Below the pieces are notes generated by a model. It did no database searches and was not told the origin of the DNA. It saw only the letters and a list, made by a program, of their open reading frames with translations. Shown here one piece after another: positions 11,766 to 25,812 of a DNA stretch of 64,000 nt; position 1 is the stretch's first letter, and the number at the start of each line of letters is the position of its first letter. The stretch lies in assembly GCF_026210795.1 (NCBI RefSeq), contig NC_089430.1, forward strand, positions 2,852,001 through 2,916,000. Reading direction: 5' to 3'. A program made the translations under genes and the position numbers. The DNA comes from Rhizophagus irregularis. Its lineage: Eukaryota.

Positions 11766-12824
11766 AAAAGAAAGAATAATTTTTTTAGAAAGAAAAAAAA
11801 AGTTTATTTTTTTTAAACTTTACAATAAAAAGATTATTTTTCAGTACACAAACCATAATTGGACTAGTCTGATCAGCCAGTTTCAATTTTTTATTTTAGT
11901 CATGGTCTAATTTTGATCGAAGTTTAACATTCGCCAGCCAAAATTAAGTCAAAATATAGTCATTTTATCACATAACCAAATTTTTTTAGCTTTTTTTTTA
12001 GTCTTTATAATTTGTACTATGACTTATATATGAAATAAAAATAAAAACTTTAATGTACATTGAATATTTATTATTAAATGCTGCACATCATGATAAAAAT
12101 TGCATTGATGATGCTCATTAATATTAAATATTACTTGTACATTAAAAATAATGAATATTGCACGTATAAGATTTGCGTATAGTACATATAATGTACATTT
12201 TTTTCATAATTTCCTGATGATAAGTTGTGATTGTATAATACCTGTGCATCATATTTTAGGTAGATTTATACCAGTAAGTTACAAAACCTCAAATTGGCAA
12301 AATGCAAGAAAGTATTTAGCTGTAAATTCAATTAGTAGAAAATACCAATTATAAACTTATAAGTTTTAGACATAAATTTATAATAAATTGAGTAATTGAC
12401 TATAAATTTAGTGTTGATTTTTTCTGAATTTCTGAATTTTAATGACAAATCATATTTTTCAAAAGTTAATTTTGATGACTTTTTTATATCAATTAACCAT
12501 CAATCAAATATGATGATTTTTTGCTGAATTTTTATTGAATTTTTATTGAATTGTCAATTTTCTATAAATCTGAAATACATTTGAATATTGGTAAATTTTA
12601 GGTTGATTTGCCATTTGTCTATTTTTTTTTTTGATTTCAACTAGCATCAATTAGCTGTTAATCAAATATAATGATTTTTTGCTAAATTTTTATCGAATTG
12701 TCTGATTGGCATCAATTAGATATGCTGATTTGTAATGTTAGTCAATTTTGGTCTGATTTTTAGCCAATTTTCCATATGTCTAATTTTTTTGATTTTGATC
12801 AGTGATTTCATGGTAGTATCCCAC

Positions 12825-13565
12825 TAATACTAAAAAACTTTAGATTTGAAATACATTAAATTAAATTAAGAAAATGAAATTACTGGTAAAATACTAACTA
12901 AAAAACAGATTATTACTATTTTTAAAGAAAATAATTTAATAAAAGTATTGAAAAATAAAATCTTATTATAAATAATATTTAAAAAAAACTCAAATTTTAA
13001 ATATATTAAATTAAATTAAAAAAATGAAATTACTAGTAAAATACTAATTAAAAAACATATTATTACTATTTTTAAAGAAAATAATTTAATAAAAGTATTG
13101 AAAAATAAAATCTTATTATAAATAATATTAAAAAAAAACTCAAATTTTAAATATATTAAATTAAATTAAGAAAATGAAATTACTAGTAAAATACTAATTA
13201 AAAAACAGATTATTACTATTTTTAAAGAAAATAATTTAACAAAAGTATTGAAAAATAAAATCTTATTATAAATAATACTAAAAAAACTTTAGATCTGAAA
13301 TACATTAAATTAAATTAAAAAAATAAAATTACTAGTAAAATACTAATTAAAAAACAGATTATTACTATTTTTAAATAAAATCTTATCATAAATAATACTA
13401 AAAACTCAGATTTGAAATACATTAGATTAAATTAAGAAAATGAAATTATTAGTAAAATACCAATTAAAAAACAGATTATTACTATTTTTAAAGAAAATAA
13501 TTTAATAAAAGTATTGAAAAATAAAACTTTATCATAAATAATACTAAAAAAAAAAAACTCAGATC
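12825..13565. repeat. AT-rich tandem repeat, ~150-bp unit, about 5 copies
   Basis: Recurrent ATTAAATTAAATTAAGAAAATGAAATTACTAGTAAAATACTAATTAAAAAACAGATTATTACTATTTTTAAA; one unit is shortened. Confidence 0.9.
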
Positions 13566-15609
13566 CTGATTTTATTAAATTTATCAAATTTATTAAACAA
13601 TAAAAAAAATTTGAATAATTTTTTTATACATTTCTTTTTACATGTGTTGCTTCTATTATTAATGGAAGATGATGTTTAAAACTTATATAATCATATATAT
13701 AACATCTGGAATGGTTCATTATATTTATAATGGTAAGTATATATATCAAACCACGTGACCTCATACATGTCACGGAGATAATTTCTTGGATGCTAGCCTG
13801 TTTTTCTGTATTTTGAATCATGACAAAATTTTCTTGAAACCGTTCATATTATTACTATTAATTTTTTTTTTTAAAAAAAAAAAATCAATACAACTATCAC
13901 ACAGCATAATACAATTTGGATTCATATGAATTCAGTTATATATTTTTTTACAATTAATTTGTATAGTAACCCTGCTGTACATAGGGGAATACATTTACGG
14001 AAATATATAAATAAATATATATATATTTTTTATTTACCATTTTAACAATTTTTATTGCATTCAGATCTTTTCCAACTATAACTTCAGGTTACTTAAATGC
14101 AAGGAAAATTTTCATATGTAATTTTAAGGACTGATCTATACATACATATATAATAATCTATACGTAAATTGGGTTAAATTGACACGATCTTTTCAGGCCA
14201 GAATTATGTAATGCTAGGACGATATTATCTAAAAAAAAATAAGGAATATATAATAAGGAAGATATTTTAGTCATTCTACATATTTTTATGCATTTACTTA
14301 ACTTTTTTTATGCATATTTTTATCTATCAGTTAAGGGTCTGATAACAAATTTGTAACAATATATATATTTAAATATGATCACTTGATGGAGTCGTATGAT
14401 TTTTGCCTTAAAAAAAAAAAAAAAACTATTAAGGAATGAATATAAAGAAATTTTATTAAATATTTCTGTAACACTCGATGCATTTCCCTTTTGTGTTTCG
14501 AATGTTTCGAATCAAACATAACCAATTTTGTTAAATAAATTATCAGAACATCCGATCTTTTTTTTTATTAATCAAATATCGATAAATATTTCTTTTTAGA
14601 AAAAAAAAAATTATTCTAATAAGGACGAAAATAGATCATTCCGATATATATATATATATATATATAAATTGTTTTATATTGTATATTCCATACTTAATAA
14701 TAAGGACGAAAATAGATCAGTCCGAAAAAAAAATTTTGTTCGGATGCAAAAGAAAAAAAAATAAATAATTTTATTTTAGTCGATAATTCCGACTCCGTTT
14801 TTTCATTTATTGTAAGAAAAAAAAAACTTTAATCATCAAAAGAATTGTTTATTAAGTTCATATTGTTTGTTTTATCATTGTGAATATTTATTTAGTTCTC
14901 TATCTATTAAGGTCTCTATTAAGTACGGCATAAACTTGTACAAAAAAGGGGGTGTCGGGAGTTTATCTTCTTTAAAGTTACCGGCTTTAAACAGAAAATT
15001 TTCCTAAAAAGAATTCATTGTTTTAACATATATATGGATATTTAATGCAACCCTACAAGGTTACACCGCATAAATCTCCTTAGATTTCTGGACTTTGGAT
15101 TCGAATATTTTTATTATGATCCTTCGGATTCCAATCCGGTTTCCCGATTCGGTATTTTATATATCCTGATTTAAAAGAAACCGGATTTATTTCTTGATTA
15201 AAAAAACCTGTATTATACCAACGCATTGGTGTGACAATTGATAAACAGATCCCCCTTGCGAATCACGCAATAAAGACCGACAAAATAATTATGTTTGATG
15301 ATGAATGAAAATGCTACGAGTGATTTTTTTATTTAAAATTTTTGCCATGAAAGGAAAAAAACGTATGATAAGTAAAAAAAATAATAAAAAAAGAAGAAAA
15401 AATGCAAAAAAATATACAATTAATGAAAAAAATTATGAAGAGAGAAAAAAAAAATCTATATACATATTACATATAGAAAAAAGTCAGAATATGATTAAAT
15501 AATAAGAATTTTTTTTTTTAAGAAAAATAATAATAATAATAATAATTATTATAATAATTGTTGTAATAAAATAAAAAAATTAATAGTTGTTATTATATGA
15601 TTAAATAAA

Positions 15610-17293
15610 TTAAGAAAAACATGACATTTTCTTAAATATTTTTGATATTTTTGATTTAAATTTTTTAATTCCTTTTGATTTTTCGATTTCTTTATTGATT
15701 TTTGCTAATGTTTTTGGTGATATTGGTTCACTATAAAATATATATACAAAAAAAAATTAGTACATTAAATTTTTTTTACAGATCGACCGTAAAAAGATTA
15801 TTTGTATTTACCTTAAATTGGCATCTTGATATTTAGGTTCCGGAGGTACTAATGATAATGGTTTCTCATTGTCATTTTGACTGTGTGATGATTGTAATTG
15901 TGATGATGATAATGAAGGTGGGTGAAGGTTATCATGAGATTTCCTTGATTCTTCAGATGAAGCTCTTATGTCTAAAAAATAAATAAATAAATAAATAAAT
16001 CAATCTTGAACAATTAGGTGTTATATATAAATTTGAATGATAATTACCAGCAATAACAATACTATTACTTAAAGATTTCCCAGTGATAACGGGTTCATCA
16101 TATAAGAAACCTTCTATTTGTTCACAAACTTGTTCAATACTTGGTCTCATGTCTGGTTCATGATCCCAACATTGTTGATATAATTGAACATATTCTTCAG
16201 GAGTATTTGGTACAGGTTGTTCACGAGTTTTTCTAACCATTATAGCCATTGTAAGTAAAACTTGATTTCCATTACCAAACGGAGTATCATGAAATGGTGA
16301 TTTACAACTTGATAATTCCCACATTAGTACACCAAAACTGTAAATATCTGAACGTTTATCAGGTTTATGTTTCATATCTCCCATAACTTGTGGGTCAACA
16401 AATGGTATCGTTGAAAGCACATCACTATTTAAAGTTGAAGAAGAAGATGTTTCGTCATCATCAAAACCAAATAATCTTGGATCCCTTATAAGTGCTTTAC
16501 CATCTTCAATAAAAACATTTAATTCATGCTACAAGATAAAATTTAATTTGATTAGGGACATGGGACAAGCTATGCAATAAAAAATGAAACCTTCATGGGA
16601 AAGATACTAACCAAATCTCCATGAGCAATTCCTGCTTTATGTAAATGTCTTATTCCATATGCAATATCTTTAGCTAAATTAAATTTCTTTGGCCAATCCA
16701 AATCTTTATGTTGTGACAAATATTCTTTTAAAGTACCATCTTTAGGATGTTGTATTACAAGAACGGCATTTTTTTCTGATGAATCTATATAGATAATAAT
16801 AATTAATTTATAATGTTTAAGGAATTACGCTTCGTTGAAGATAAAACTTTTGATTTGTACCTTCGGTTACTCCAAGTAATTGTATTATATTCTCACAATT
16901 CATGTTCGATTTAGAGCGACGAATCTAATATATTAGTTAACAATGGTCAATATATATGTATTTAATCATTAAGAAAGTTAATTAAGTTAGTTTAGTTACC
17001 TCTTCAGTTAATTTCTTATGATGGTCTTCAATACTATAACCAGGAACAGATCTTAAAATAACAGGTCTTGAATTTTTTTTCCAGGTAGCCTTTCTTACAT
17101 TATCACCATATAAATCACTTCTAAATTCGTGAATATCACTAAATTCGTTGAAATTAACGAATTCTATATCCATTTTGTTTGCAATTTCTTCAATCGCTTT
17201 AGAATGTGATTGTTGTGATTTTAATAATAAATCGTTGTGTTTCATTAATAATAAACTTGAGATATTTGAGGATGCATTGATTACTTCCGTCAT
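15610..17293 (-). CDS. Tyrosine-kinase-like (TKL) family protein kinase domain protein, probable pseudokinase; 6 exons
   Basis: Exons 17293-17000, 16924-16861, 16784-16612, 16528-16048, 15971-15812 and 15730-15610 splice GT-AG in frame. Motifs: ENIIQLLG, HGDLHELN, FVDPQ, SDIYSFGVLMWE, CWDHEPDMRP. Confidence 0.9.
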
Positions 17294-19689
17294 TTTTAAT
17301 GAATCAAAAAAAAAAATTTTGGTTGTTTATAAAAAGGTTTTTTATTTTTTTCAGAAAATTTCAGGATTTCTTTTTTTAAATAGAATTTTTTCTTTTTTTT
17401 AAAAAAAAAATAAAAAATGAATAAATATTTTGGAAAAAAATTGAGGAATCAACAAAAAAAAAGGAGTATATTTTTTTTTTTTTTTTAGGAGGATTTATAA
17501 AATCTTTTCCAGTTTATATAAAAAAAATTTAATTAAAAAAAATGGCGATTAACAAGAAAAGATCCCCTTTTTATTAATATCAAAAGTAATACAAGAAATA
17601 TTTACATCACACAATACAAGTTTTTATTGTAAATGATAATATATAACGAGTATACAACAAGATTATAAACTTGATGGTATTACATATTACATCAAATTAT
17701 ACATGTGACTCAAACTATTTTTAAAGTCACTTAAACAACTAATTTAATTCAATATCAATTAATTTAAATTACTCCGGGAATCTTCACTTTGTTTATGATG
17801 GTTTGTATAAATTATTTTTGATTTTCTAATATTAATGCATATAATGATGATGCATAACATGTACTGTATATAAACAGATAATTGACAGGTGAGATATATA
17901 AAAAGTTCTAACCAACTAAATTAATTACCTGATTGAAACAAGAAATTGGTAAGACTTACCGGATTTTACATTTTATTCCGCACTATCATTTGAAAATACC
18001 GTTTGTACTTACCCGAAGCTTCCATTATTTCATATTTCGATTGTTTTATTAAAGAAAAAACTTGATTTCAAAGAAACTTTAATGGATTCTTCACGGGATA
18101 ATGATTATAATCTTTTGGGAATAATCAAGAGGAAGAAAATATATTATCCTTCAGCCTTCTTTAATAGAATTCTCTGATGCTAACTTTATTTTTATCCAAG
18201 TTGATCAAATTTCTTTAGTTACTGTATAATTTTCAATATTTTTTTTTTTTTTGATTTTCACTTGCATACATTTACATAATTATATGTTTAATTGTTTTGA
18301 TTATGAAGTCTTATTATTTGTTTGTGAATAATTTTCTCCAGAATTTTTTATTTCTCCGCAAAATTATCATTTTTTATCTTTTTGGTAATTTTTTGTAATT
18401 CTCAATTTTTTTTTTTTAAATTACAAGTTTCCTTTTTTTTAAAAAAAACAAAATCAGGAGATTTTTTTTTTATAAAAAACATCTTAGAAAAGAAATTTCT
18501 CTTTTTTTTCAGTAGATCTTTCATTATAATAAATATTATAATATCGTTTTTTTTTTTTTGAATAAAAATCAATAAGGTAAATTAGATGATTTCATTTTTC
18601 TAAAACTTTCTTTAATTAATTAGAAAAAAAAAAAAAAAATTTTTTTTTTTTTTTTCTTGAATAATAAGTTTGATTGTTTCGATAATCCTGTTCTCACTTT
18701 TTTTTTTCACATTATTAAGACAAATATAGTGAAATTGATTGTCGCTCGAGGTTTAATACTATAAATTATTTTTTTTTAAGTAATCTAAAATGAATGAATT
18801 TAAATTTGTAAATCATCTCATGACAATGCATATTATAATAAGAAGAAACAAAGAATATCAAAAAAAAAAAGTTCGAAGATGTGTGAAACGTGAGATGGAG
18901 AAGAGGGACAATGTATTATGTGGGGAGTATTTTTGTTTGTGTGGAGTTCAAAGCACGTTCAGTATGCAAAAATAGAGTGGAGTCTGATGCCTATGCGTTT
19001 ACAACATTAAAAAAAATAACATTAAAAAAAAAAATTTTTTTTTAAGGTTGGTGACTTATCACAATAATCACAATCTCTAAAAGATTTTTAAAAAAATGGT
19101 TTATATTGTTTAAAATCATAAACAAAGAAAAAAAAAATTAAAAAAAAAAACTTTAATTAAATAAATCCAAATTGAAACAAGTTAATGATAAAAAAGATTT
19201 TTTTTTGATTTTTTTTTTGATTTTGATTTTAATAGATTTTAATAGATTTTAATAGATTTTTGATTTAAAATGAAAATAATACTATTATTATTATTATTAT
19301 TAAACTGATAATAAATGATAAAATGAATCATCCTCTCTAATTCATATATTTCCTCCGTACATTAAAAATAATGCAGGTTATTGTGTAACTAACTTACGTT
19401 ATAGGTTTATCAAACCGTCCGTAAAGTAAAAAAATATGTTTATTCAAATACGTTCTGAATTTTGATTGGTTTTTGTTTTTCTTCAATTAATCAATCAACG
19501 GATAATTTTTTTTTCCTTTTTCCTTTTTTCTTATTTGAAGTACGGTTAATAAATTTCCGAAATCTGTTCATGAAATATATACATATATTTTTTACAATAA
19601 AATAAGTATTGATTTTTTTTTTTGAAACCATTTTTTTAATAATGAAATGAAATAATTAATTACAATACAAATATTTAATGTAACTTTTT

Positions 19690-19830
19690 AATACAAAATA
19701 TATCAGAAATGTTTTTTTTCAATAAAAATAAAATGAAAATATGTCAAATGTTTTTTTTTAAAATAAAAATAAAATGAAAATATATCAGAAATGTTTTTTT
19801 AAAAAATAAAAATAAAATGAAATGAAATTT
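19690..19830. repeat. Short tandem repeat, ~43-bp unit, 3 copies
   Basis: AAAATATATCAGAAATGTTTTTTTT(A)AATAAAAATAAAATG repeated three times. Confidence 0.75.
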
Positions 19831-22189
19831 AATAATAATTACAAAATATTTTTTTAAAAAAAATGAATGTTCATACCACGCAACTAATGATATAAATTAT
19901 TTATTCATAGAAAGAAGATCAAAAATATAAACGAACATTCTTTTATACCAAATTCCCAATCTCTCCATATAAAAATTTTAACCTTTAACCGTAAAAGTAA
20001 TTCTCCTCCCATATGAAATCATCGACCCGCGATATATTTATTATAATGTAATAATCATACTATTTCCGATCATCGTCAAAACCTTTGGATCGTTATTAAT
20101 TTCACCATTAAACGCTTCATTTCCTAAATCCCATAAACATCCTCCAACAAAATAAACAGTAACAACGGTTAAACAAAAAGCCCATAGGATATTAAAAATT
20201 AAAAATAAACCTGCCAAAAAGAAATTGAAATTTAAATGTTTGATTGATGTTGATAATACCAAAAACAAATTCATTTTAAAATGAAAATTTATATCGAATG
20301 GGTAAAAAAAAGTTATTCGTATAATATATATATAATTATTATATATATTATATATTATATATTATATTACATATATAATTATATATATTATTATATATAT
20401 TATTATTATTATTATTTAAATAATAAATAATAAATTTTTTTGCGTTTTTAAATAAAATTTAAATTTGATTCTTTTTCTTTCTTTTCGTTCCTTTTTATTT
20501 CATTTCTAGAAATCAGAATATAAAAGGATCATTCTTATATTAAATTATTTTCATAATTATCTGAACATATTATATTAAAATTTTGGTTCATTGAAGACAA
20601 AAGTAGAATGAAAAATAAGAAGAAACCAAAAAAAATGAATTTTATCGGTTAAAACGGATAATACCCTTAAATAATAAATTTTAATTTAAATTTTAAATTT
20701 CTTTAAGAACCAAAAAATGTAACAAATAATAAAAACCTTATAAATCACAAGACCACTTTGGTAATTTATCACCGCATAATTCATATTCTTTCAATTTATT
20801 ATAATTCATAATTTATATTATGCAAATATGTGACAAATAATATATGAGGTTTAATTTTTTTTCCTTATCGATTAAAGTGATAATAATAATAATAATTATT
20901 ATTATTACGGAAATCACTTATTTTGATTGATTTTGATTGATTTTTAGTCAACAAAGGATTATTGAATGAATTGATTTATTATGTAAAAAAAATATGAACG
21001 AATAGAATCAATTTTATAATCAATAAATATTATGACAAATCCATTTTTTTTTTATCGGTATATATTTTTTTCGAACATCGAATAATCGGTTGAAATGAAT
21101 AATTTGGTTGAAATTCATAAAAATAATATATATTTATTTAGTCAAAGTATACCACTTTTACTTTTTTTGAAACTGCAACACAGTGAGAAAAAATATTCCA
21201 TTGTTTTTGAATGTGTTCCCAAAACATTCAAAATTTTATCTTAATATTTGGAAATTGTTATCCTTAATTTGGGTTTAAACTTTTGGTGCCCATTTTTTTC
21301 TTATTCGGAAATTGGTTCTAAATCTTAAAAATATTTTTGGATGTTGTTATCACTTTTAAGAAATATATCAAAATTTTTTGGTAATTTTCTCACCCATGAA
21401 CATTTTTTTTTTAATCATCAGTTACCATCGGTTAAACGACGACCCTGTCCTGAAATCATTTATAATCACAATGAACCGGTAAAATATATTTACCTATGAA
21501 AATAAATAATGACTTAATGAATTAAATAATGACTTTCAAAGTATAATATAATACCCGATTTTTACGTTGTACTGCAACTGGCTCAATTTTGTTTAACGAT
21601 GCAATTATTATAATAATTAAATAATACTGTATGCTGATACTTATCCAATCATTAATAATAACTCTATAAATACTTACCTTTTATATTATTACATACATTT
21701 CATGTAATAATGACTGATGTTATCTATCGAATAAAATTATTTGGAAAATATTTGCGTTATTTTTGCGTTATTTTTGAGTTATTTAGAATGGGGTTTTTTC
21801 ATATTTTTTCATATTTTATTCGGGAATTACTATTTTAATATTTTAACAATGGAAATTTTTTAAGCTCAAATTTAGGTGCATATTTAGGTGAAGAAGAAAT
21901 GGTACAACTGTGTCGCTTATGCTGAGATATCATTTATTGTCCCTCATACTTTGAAAAGGAGAACTCGACGGGCATTTGGTCTGTGATGTTATAGAGACTT
22001 TCCTTATGGCTTGTTTTAATAAGTGGGTACGTCATGAAATCACATGTCATTATTTATCATTTTCTCTTTACATTTCATTTTCGATGATACAATTGAGAAG
22101 CAATAGAAAATAATAACAAGAGAGGGTTTTCATTTTAAAATTTTAAATAATGAAGGAACAAAAAGACTAATTGAAAATTGTTTTTTTTT

Positions 22190-22670
22190 TAGAATGTTTG
22201 GCTACATTGACAATCGATGATTTAAGTCAAATGGAATCAATTCATCCAATTAAATATATACCATACAATAATTTACGAATATTAAATATATGACTAAAGG
22301 TGGATTTAGCAAAATTCTTAAGAAAGAACTACGATCATTTGATAAAAACAATAAAAGGATAAGGGGATCAAATTATGTGATACTTAAAAATTGGAAATGC
22401 TGTAAGTGATAGTAGAATTTGTTTCGAAGAGGTACACGTGTACATATTTTTAAATTCAATATACGGTATTAATTAATTAATAAATATAGTGTAAAATATT
22501 TGCGGGCAAAATCACACTAAACTTTGTCATTTAACTCAAAATAGTATTAGTTTAAGTTGTACAAAAAAAGTCTAGACACATTAAATTCAACTCTTTGAAT
22601 ATCTTTAACGCAAAAAGACAATCGATATGTCGGACGAACTGCTAGCTTTACGGCATTATACAAAGGTCAG
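22190..22670 (+). pseudogene. Degenerate TKL kinase N-lobe fragment
   Basis: With frameshifts it reads YIPYNN(F)TNIKYMTKGGFSKI ... YVILK ... RICFEE followed by GT, matching the Gly-loop and beta3 region of this kinase family. Confidence 0.6.
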
Positions 22671-23916
22671 ACAATTTGAAGAGCGAACCATTTAGATTAT
22701 ACATAACTTTAGAACTAGTGTTATAGTAAGATAAAATGAGATGTCTTTGCATTGCCTATGCAAATAAAATTATAATAATGCAACCCTACCTCAAATATTT
22801 GTCACATGATTAATACGATTTGCCAACCTTGTTAAAAGAATGATTATTATATAGTTAAAAAATGGGTCTATAATAAAAGATAGTTTCAGCCTAAGATTCG
22901 TCACTAGTTTCGGACTGAGTTTCACATTCGGCCATATGGTTTCTGCTACTTTACTTTCGGACTTGGTTTCAGATTCGGCCACATGGTGGTTTCGGCTACA
23001 AGTATATTGCATACCTTTATAATTAGTATAATTTCCAATCGTACCATTAACCATTGATTACCAAATATTTGAAGGATTGTTAAGACGTGAACCTCTAATA
23101 ACTCAACTAAACATACATTAGTTAACTTCTGCCAAGATGCTTGGACAATAAAATTACATTCGGCCGGTTCCAAGTCTGCAAATATGCATCAAATAGTATC
23201 TGACTTGCAGTGTAGTACCTTAACAAATAGGGATTTAGGATTGGCACTAACATTTCGGCTAAATTAAGTGGGTTAGCCATTATACCATTTCGGCTAATTA
23301 AAGTGGATTAGCCATTTCGGCTAAATTAAGTGGATTAACCATTATAACTTTTTAAAAATTTCAAAACTATTAATATTTGCAAATATGGTTTCGCCGACAC
23401 TGAAACCAATTTCGCCGGGACATGGGACATTTTACCGAATCCTTTTCTCTGAATTATCCACTTCACCAAAATCTACTTTACCTAATTCCAATTTCGCCGA
23501 AGCCATTTTGCCGGGTACCTTGGAGACTTTGAGCAAATTACACGGGTAGATACTATATATAATAGTGATGTAAGAATTTATATAGCGTAATATATTTAAC
23601 ATTATAGTTTCTGGTATTATACTCACTCCAGTATTAATCAAAAATTTCCGTGTTACAGGTATTTTAAAATTCAGGAAAAATTTTTTGACTAGTAATCTCC
23701 TCAGATAATACATTATAACATTTGTGTAGAAGAATTTTGATCAAAAATGGCTGTGAACTACTGAACTTGGTAGTAGATCACTTTATACCAAAAATCACTT
23801 GATCGAAATGCCATTTTGCCGAAATCCAAGGGATATTTTACTGAGATACCATTTTGCTTCCTGTATAATATACAGTATACATAGATTTATTTAATTTATT
23901 ATCATTATTTTTTTTT

Positions 23917-25812
23917 ACACTTTGTAATCTTTTATTTAACTTGTTTATGAGGACAAAAATTAAGCCTTTAAATTTTATGGACACTTTGTAGTTCGTGTCA
24001 CGCATAAATGCCAAAGGAAAACGACGATTAATTTTTTTGTTATATGAGCATGTCTTCGAGAAGACGCCCTGGACGAGAATCGTCTCCCAAGAACTTATCT
24101 AGTAATTTTAAATTATTTCACTTGTCTTTTAAGCTTAATAATAACTGTACCGAATATCATATCTGTTCCAGCATTAGAGTTGCAGTTTAGTGACGGGAAT
24201 CAAAGCAACTTAAAATAGAAATGGGAGTAGTTCGGTTAACTATACTTTTGAGGAATTGTATATGTTGTCGCATTATATATTATATAAACATTCTGAAGAG
24301 CTACCATTAAACCCGCAATTCGAAGTTGGGGAACGTGAACTTTGCTCGTGGCAAACTGAGTTCACTTCCTCCAGACGTTCCATGTGCGGCCCGAATTGGC
24401 GGTGGAGAGCCTCGCCTTTTTATATGATTTGTAGTGGGTCTAATCGATTTTGGAAGGGAAAATTACGTTAACTTGATCTCATCCCGAAAAATCTGTCGCT
24501 CAAAATTATAACAAAAAAAAAACTTTACGAGTTATTTATTAATACATGAGTTCCTGTGATATAATGACGTATCACGAAATATTATTACTCATGCAAAATA
24601 CACTGCCAAAAACGGAATAAAAGATTTGCTACTCAACAATGAGTAAATGACTTGATATTGATATTTATTTGATTTATAATTTTATATATGGTAATGACAT
24701 TTTGACTAGAAAAGTCTCTTCACGAAAAAAATGGGACAGACACATCCAAAGCCAGAAACACATTCCAAACCCAATAGTGATAAATCTAAAAATTATTTGT
24801 TCACTGATCTGCCACCAGTTCCACGAACGTATACTGATGATTTTTGGAGAAATGGAAACGATGCTTTCAGGTTTAGTGAACATGATATTGAGGCACTTAA
24901 CCAATTTCGTCAGCTTGACCTTGAATCACTAGAGTCAGATGATGAAAAGGAATCAAAAATTGAAAAACTTTGTGCGAAGTATCCTTATGCTTATATTCCA
25001 TTAGATGTTGATAAAGATGGTTACGCGCGAGGATTTAATCTCTTTGAATCAATAACAACTGGTAATTATGGGGAAGTGTTTAAAGAATATGGGGAGACCT
25101 TAATTCTTTGCATTGGTATAGAAGACTCTAATGCAATGATATACTTGGGTGGTAGTGGTAAATTGTAGTTATGAACCGCTAAAATTTTTGTATAATTACA
25201 AAGATACAAGCGCAATAAGCTCTGATGTGCTTCAAAATTACTGAAATATGTTTTGAAACATATAATTTTGTTTCTTATCAATACTGTATAAATACAGAGT
25301 AGAATTAGATCAATTAGATCATAATTGTATCTCAAAAGTATAATCCAATTTTTAAAAGTAGAGACTAGTAAGACATAATGCTGATTTTTTTTCTTATTAT
25401 CTTTCAAAAAGCATGATTCTTTTCTTTTTCATGAATTATTAATTGCTTCTGATTCTTTCATTTTAAATAAATACTAAGTTTCACTTGTTACAGTATTTTT
25501 ATGTTTTGTGATGCTCTAACTATAAATACCATCTTTATTAAAAATTAATATTGCTATTATAACAATTGTAGTACGAAGTGAGTTGATTTCTTTTTCGTTT
25601 CGTTTTTTATCGCCGTTTTCAAAATGGTGCGATCTTCAAGTATGTGGCATCGTATAAAATATGCACTTTAATAAACTTTTTGAAATATGATTGATAAAAA
25701 AAAAAGTAATCCAATAATTTGAAAGAGAAGAACTCAAAAGTATAATTTTATTAGTTTTACATTTTCAATTATCATATAATTTTTAACAAATAAATTGGCT
25801 TTTCAATCATTA
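23917..25812 (+). repeat. Segmental duplication, copy A (~1.9 kb; direct copy at 45459-47335)
   Basis: Near-identical sequence starting ACACTTTGTAATCTTTTATTTAAC in both copies. Confidence 0.95.
24731..25168 (+). CDS. 145-aa hypothetical protein; C-terminus resembles the SUKH/US22 superfamily
   Basis: Uninterrupted ATG-initiated ORF with globular composition. LILCIGIEDSNAMIYLGGSGKL resembles the hhhG...hhhhD/GxxG+hY strands of SUKH domains. Function is inferred. Confidence 0.65.
   Translation: MGQTHPKPETHSKPNSDKSKNYLFTDLPPVPRTYTDDFWRNGNDAFRFSEHDIEALNQFRQLDLESLESDDEKESKIEKLCAKYPYAYIPLDVDKDGYARGFNLFESITTGNYGEVFKEYGETLILCIGIEDSNAMIYLGGSGKL

Noticed and set aside
11845..12820. Possible TIR element with TGATT/AATCA subterminal motifs
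   Set aside because: Looks repeat-derived, but matching TIRs and a TSD could not be defined.
22880..23865. ORFs and TTCGGC/TTCGCCG-rich repeats
   Set aside because: Probably fragments of non-autonomous elements; boundaries are unresolved and the ORFs lack coding character.
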